Origin: an uncultured delta proteobacterium
Lineage (GTDB): Bacteria > Desulfobacterota > Binatia > Binatales > Binataceae
DNA: 64,000 nucleotides
NCBI GenBank assembly: GCA_963765675.1
Contig: CAVXXK010000001.1
Span: forward strand, 576,001 to 640,000
Direction: 5' to 3'
In this document: piece after piece, positions 61,639 to 64,000 of the stretch
How positions within the stretch are numbered: position 1 is the stretch's first letter
Layout of the letters: every line of letters starts with the position of its first letter
Program-made: the position numbers and the translations under genes
The notes under the pieces: generated by a model
What the model saw: the letters and a program-made list of their open reading frames with translations, nothing else
Database searches by the model: none
What the model was told of the DNA's origin: nothing

Positions 61639-63897
61639 CTATTCCCTTACTTCGACGGTGACCGAGTGCGGCTTCTTCAGGACTTCGACGGCTACTGCGG
61701 TGTCGGTGCGGCGCATCAGGAGGGAGATCGATTCGGTGCCGACGCGGAGGTCTTCGAGCTTCAGCCATTGGAGCCAGGTCGGCATCGCGGGTGATTCGAT
61801 CGTTACTCGTTTGTCGGCGCCGCTGATGCTGAGCCCGAGCATCGCCTGCACGATTGGAAAGACGCTGGCCGCCGACCACGCTTGCGGATGGCAGGCGGTA
61901 GGGTACGGAACGGGGCCGAGCTCGGGACTGCGCTCGAAACCGCACAGCAGCTCGGGCAGGCTTCCGATCTGCAAGCGCACACCGCCGTTGAACAGCCCCT
62001 CGAGGATTCGGATGACGCCCTGGCGATCGCCCGAGCGCGCAAGGCCGATCGCGGCAAGGGCGTTGTCGTGCGGCCAGATCGATCCGTTGTGGTAGCTCAT
62101 CGGATTGTAGCGGCGCTCTTTCGCGCTGAGCGTGCGCACGCCCCATCCGGAAAACATATCGGGCGCGAGCAGCCGCTCACACATCGCGGTGGCATGCTCG
62201 CCGTCGACCAGGCCGGTCGCCAGGCAATGCGCCCCGTTGGAGGCCATCACTTCGCACTGATGCTTCTCGCCGTCTAGCGCGAGCGAAATCATAGCGCGCG
62301 ACTCGACCCAAAAGGCCGGTAAGAATGCGGCCTTGAGCGCCGCCGCGTGCGCGGTGAGTTTGGCCGCGACGTCGATCCGGCCCAGGCGCATCGCAACTTC
62401 GGAGATCCGCGTATAGGCCGCATAGACGTAGCCCTGCACTTCGGCCAGCGCGATCGGCGCCGTCGCGAGCGAGCCGTCGGCGTGCGAGATCGAATCGAAA
62501 GAGTCCTTCCAGCCCTGGTTGGAAAGCCCGCGCGGAGTTTTGCGGCTATATTCGACAAAGCCGTCACCGTCTATATCGCCCCATCGCTCGATCCATTCGA
62601 GCGCGCGCTCGATGTTGGGCCATAGCTCGCGCGCAAGCGTCAGGTCGCCGGTAACTTCCGCATGTTCACCGATCAGCCACAGGAACAGCGGCGTGGAGTC
62701 GACCGAGCCGTAGTAGCGGCCGAAAGGCACCTCGCCCGTCGCGGCCATCTCTCCGGCTCGGACTTCGTGAACGATCTTGCCCGGCACCTCATCGCGCGAG
62801 TCGTCGACTTTCGTCCCCTGCATCGCCGCCAGCGCGCGCAGCGTCTGGCCGGCGATATCGGGATTGAACGCCAGCAGCGAGAGCGAGGTGATGATACTGT
62901 CGCGGCCGAACAGGGTCGCGAACCACGGAATTCCGGCCATCATGAAGGTGCCGGCCGAGTCGATCCCGATGAGCGAGGTCAGGTCGGCGCTCGAAGCTTT
63001 GAGCAATCGGTTGAAGAGATCATCGCTGGTGCTGAGCTTGGCCCATTGACGATCGCGCGCGAAGATTTCTCCGCGTCGCAGCTCGAGTCCGCGATCGAAA
63101 TTCGGCGCGAAGCTGTCAGCCGCTATGGGAATTACCGCGGGCCGAGGCTCGAGGCTGCAGGTGATTCGCGTCTGGAGCGTCACCGACTGTTCGGGTTCGA
63201 GCTCGATCACGAACGAGGCGCAATCGCCGGTAAGCTTTACCGGAGGCGGGTCGAACGAAAGCTCGGTTATCCGGGCCACGTGGTCGAGTCCTTCGTACCG
63301 AAGCACGACCGAGCCCCGCTTCACCTTGGGGCGAGCGCGGGTACCCTTGCGCTTGCGTTTGACGCCGCGGACTTCGAACAAGTCGTCGAAATCGGAACCA
63401 AAGGAAAGATCGAGCGCGAAGCGCACCCGCTCGCGCGAATAGTTGCGAGCCTTAATGCGGTGGAACATCGCCGCGTCTGCGAGCACCCATCCGCGTTCGA
63501 TCTGAATCGATGTGCGCGGCACCGCGATCGCGCCGTCGCGCGCGCGCAGAAACGGATTGGTCAGGTTGATCACCAGCTCGGCGTTGTCGTCGCTCAGGTA
63601 GGAGTTGAGAAAGCAAGGCGCTTTGCCGTCGATCAGTATCTCGAAGCGGGAGAGAAACCGGGTGTCGCGATGAAACAGTCCCAACGCTTCCAGTGGCGAT
63701 ACCGCTATATCTCCGGTGGTGTCGAAAACCGCGAAGCTCTGCGCGTGGGCCAGCACGCGGCCGTCAACCGTGGTCGCGCCCGAAGAGGCAAGAACGTAGT
63801 ACTCGGAGCCGACCTTGAGCGTGATCGGCGCATGGCGCGGCGCGCGAGGTTTACGGCGGCGCGGTTTGGACACGCGCGAGGGCTGGAGCTTCTTCAT
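61639..63897 (-). CDS. Amylo-alpha-1,6-glucosidase / glycogen debranching enzyme family
   Basis: DTRFLS, AGIPWFATLFGRDS, PGKIVHEVR, YYGSVDSTP, NQGWKDS, YHNGSIWPHDN, LPEL, PQAWS. Confidence 0.92.
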   Translation of the reverse strand: MKKLQPSRVSKPRRRKPRAPRHAPITLKVGSEYYVLASSGATTVDGRVLAHAQSFAVFDTTGDIAVSPLEALGLFHRDTRFLSRFEILIDGKAPCFLNSYLSDDNAELVINLTNPFLRARDGAIAVPRTSIQIERGWVLADAAMFHRIKARNYSRERVRFALDLSFGSDFDDLFEVRGVKRKRKGTRARPKVKRGSVVLRYEGLDHVARITELSFDPPPVKLTGDCASFVIELEPEQSVTLQTRITCSLEPRPAVIPIAADSFAPNFDRGLELRRGEIFARDRQWAKLSTSDDLFNRLLKASSADLTSLIGIDSAGTFMMAGIPWFATLFGRDSIITSLSLLAFNPDIAGQTLRALAAMQGTKVDDSRDEVPGKIVHEVRAGEMAATGEVPFGRYYGSVDSTPLFLWLIGEHAEVTGDLTLARELWPNIERALEWIERWGDIDGDGFVEYSRKTPRGLSNQGWKDSFDSISHADGSLATAPIALAEVQGYVYAAYTRISEVAMRLGRIDVAAKLTAHAAALKAAFLPAFWVESRAMISLALDGEKHQCEVMASNGAHCLATGLVDGEHATAMCERLLAPDMFSGWGVRTLSAKERRYNPMSYHNGSIWPHDNALAAIGLARSGDRQGVIRILEGLFNGGVRLQIGSLPELLCGFERSPELGPVPYPTACHPQAWSAASVFPIVQAMLGLSISGADKRVTIESPAMPTWLQWLKLEDLRVGTESISLLMRRTDTAVAVEVLKKPHSVTVEVRE

Positions 63898-64000
63898 CGC
63901 GCGGCGCTCATCGCGTCGGACAAGACGGGACAGGAGAGGATATGACGCGGTGAGTTTTCACGATGGCTGTTTCCATGGCGCGCTATTTGACGGTGGATTT

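Overview
A GC-rich bacterial window made up mostly of metabolic genes. Its repertoire (many LLM/F420-type oxidoreductases, GSTs, tandem P450s, and large secreted S53, kelch and NHL proteins) resembles soil Candidatus Binatota-type genomes; that assignment is inference only. Recognisable blocks: frmA, an acyl-CoA dehydrogenase and a GH78; cobB-hemQ; a minus-strand run of pccB, biotin carboxylase, BCCP, methylmalonyl-CoA mutase and pdaD; TetR plus three tandem P450 paralogues; an HxlR/GST/LLM cluster; a STAND ATPase upstream of a ~1500-aa sedolisin; divergent otsB/otsA; ABC, MFS and kelch genes; and a decayed toxin-antitoxin patch before a glycogen-debranching gene. Signals the ORF track misses: (1) an Rdx/SelW-family selenoprotein with CxxU, an in-frame UGA and a SECIS-like hairpin at 11406-11711 (-); (2) a BesD-like 2OG-Fe(II) oxygenase paired with an aspartase-fold lyase whose three amino-group ligands are all replaced; (3) a ~260-bp nested-palindrome MITE-like family (4 copies), two of them inside another palindromic repeat; (4) an orphan Rhs C-terminal module; (5) two cases of duplicated gene 3' ends bracketing accessory genes. 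Five genes carry single-base frameshifts that are probably sequencing errors. No rRNA, tRNA, CRISPR array or transposase was recognised.
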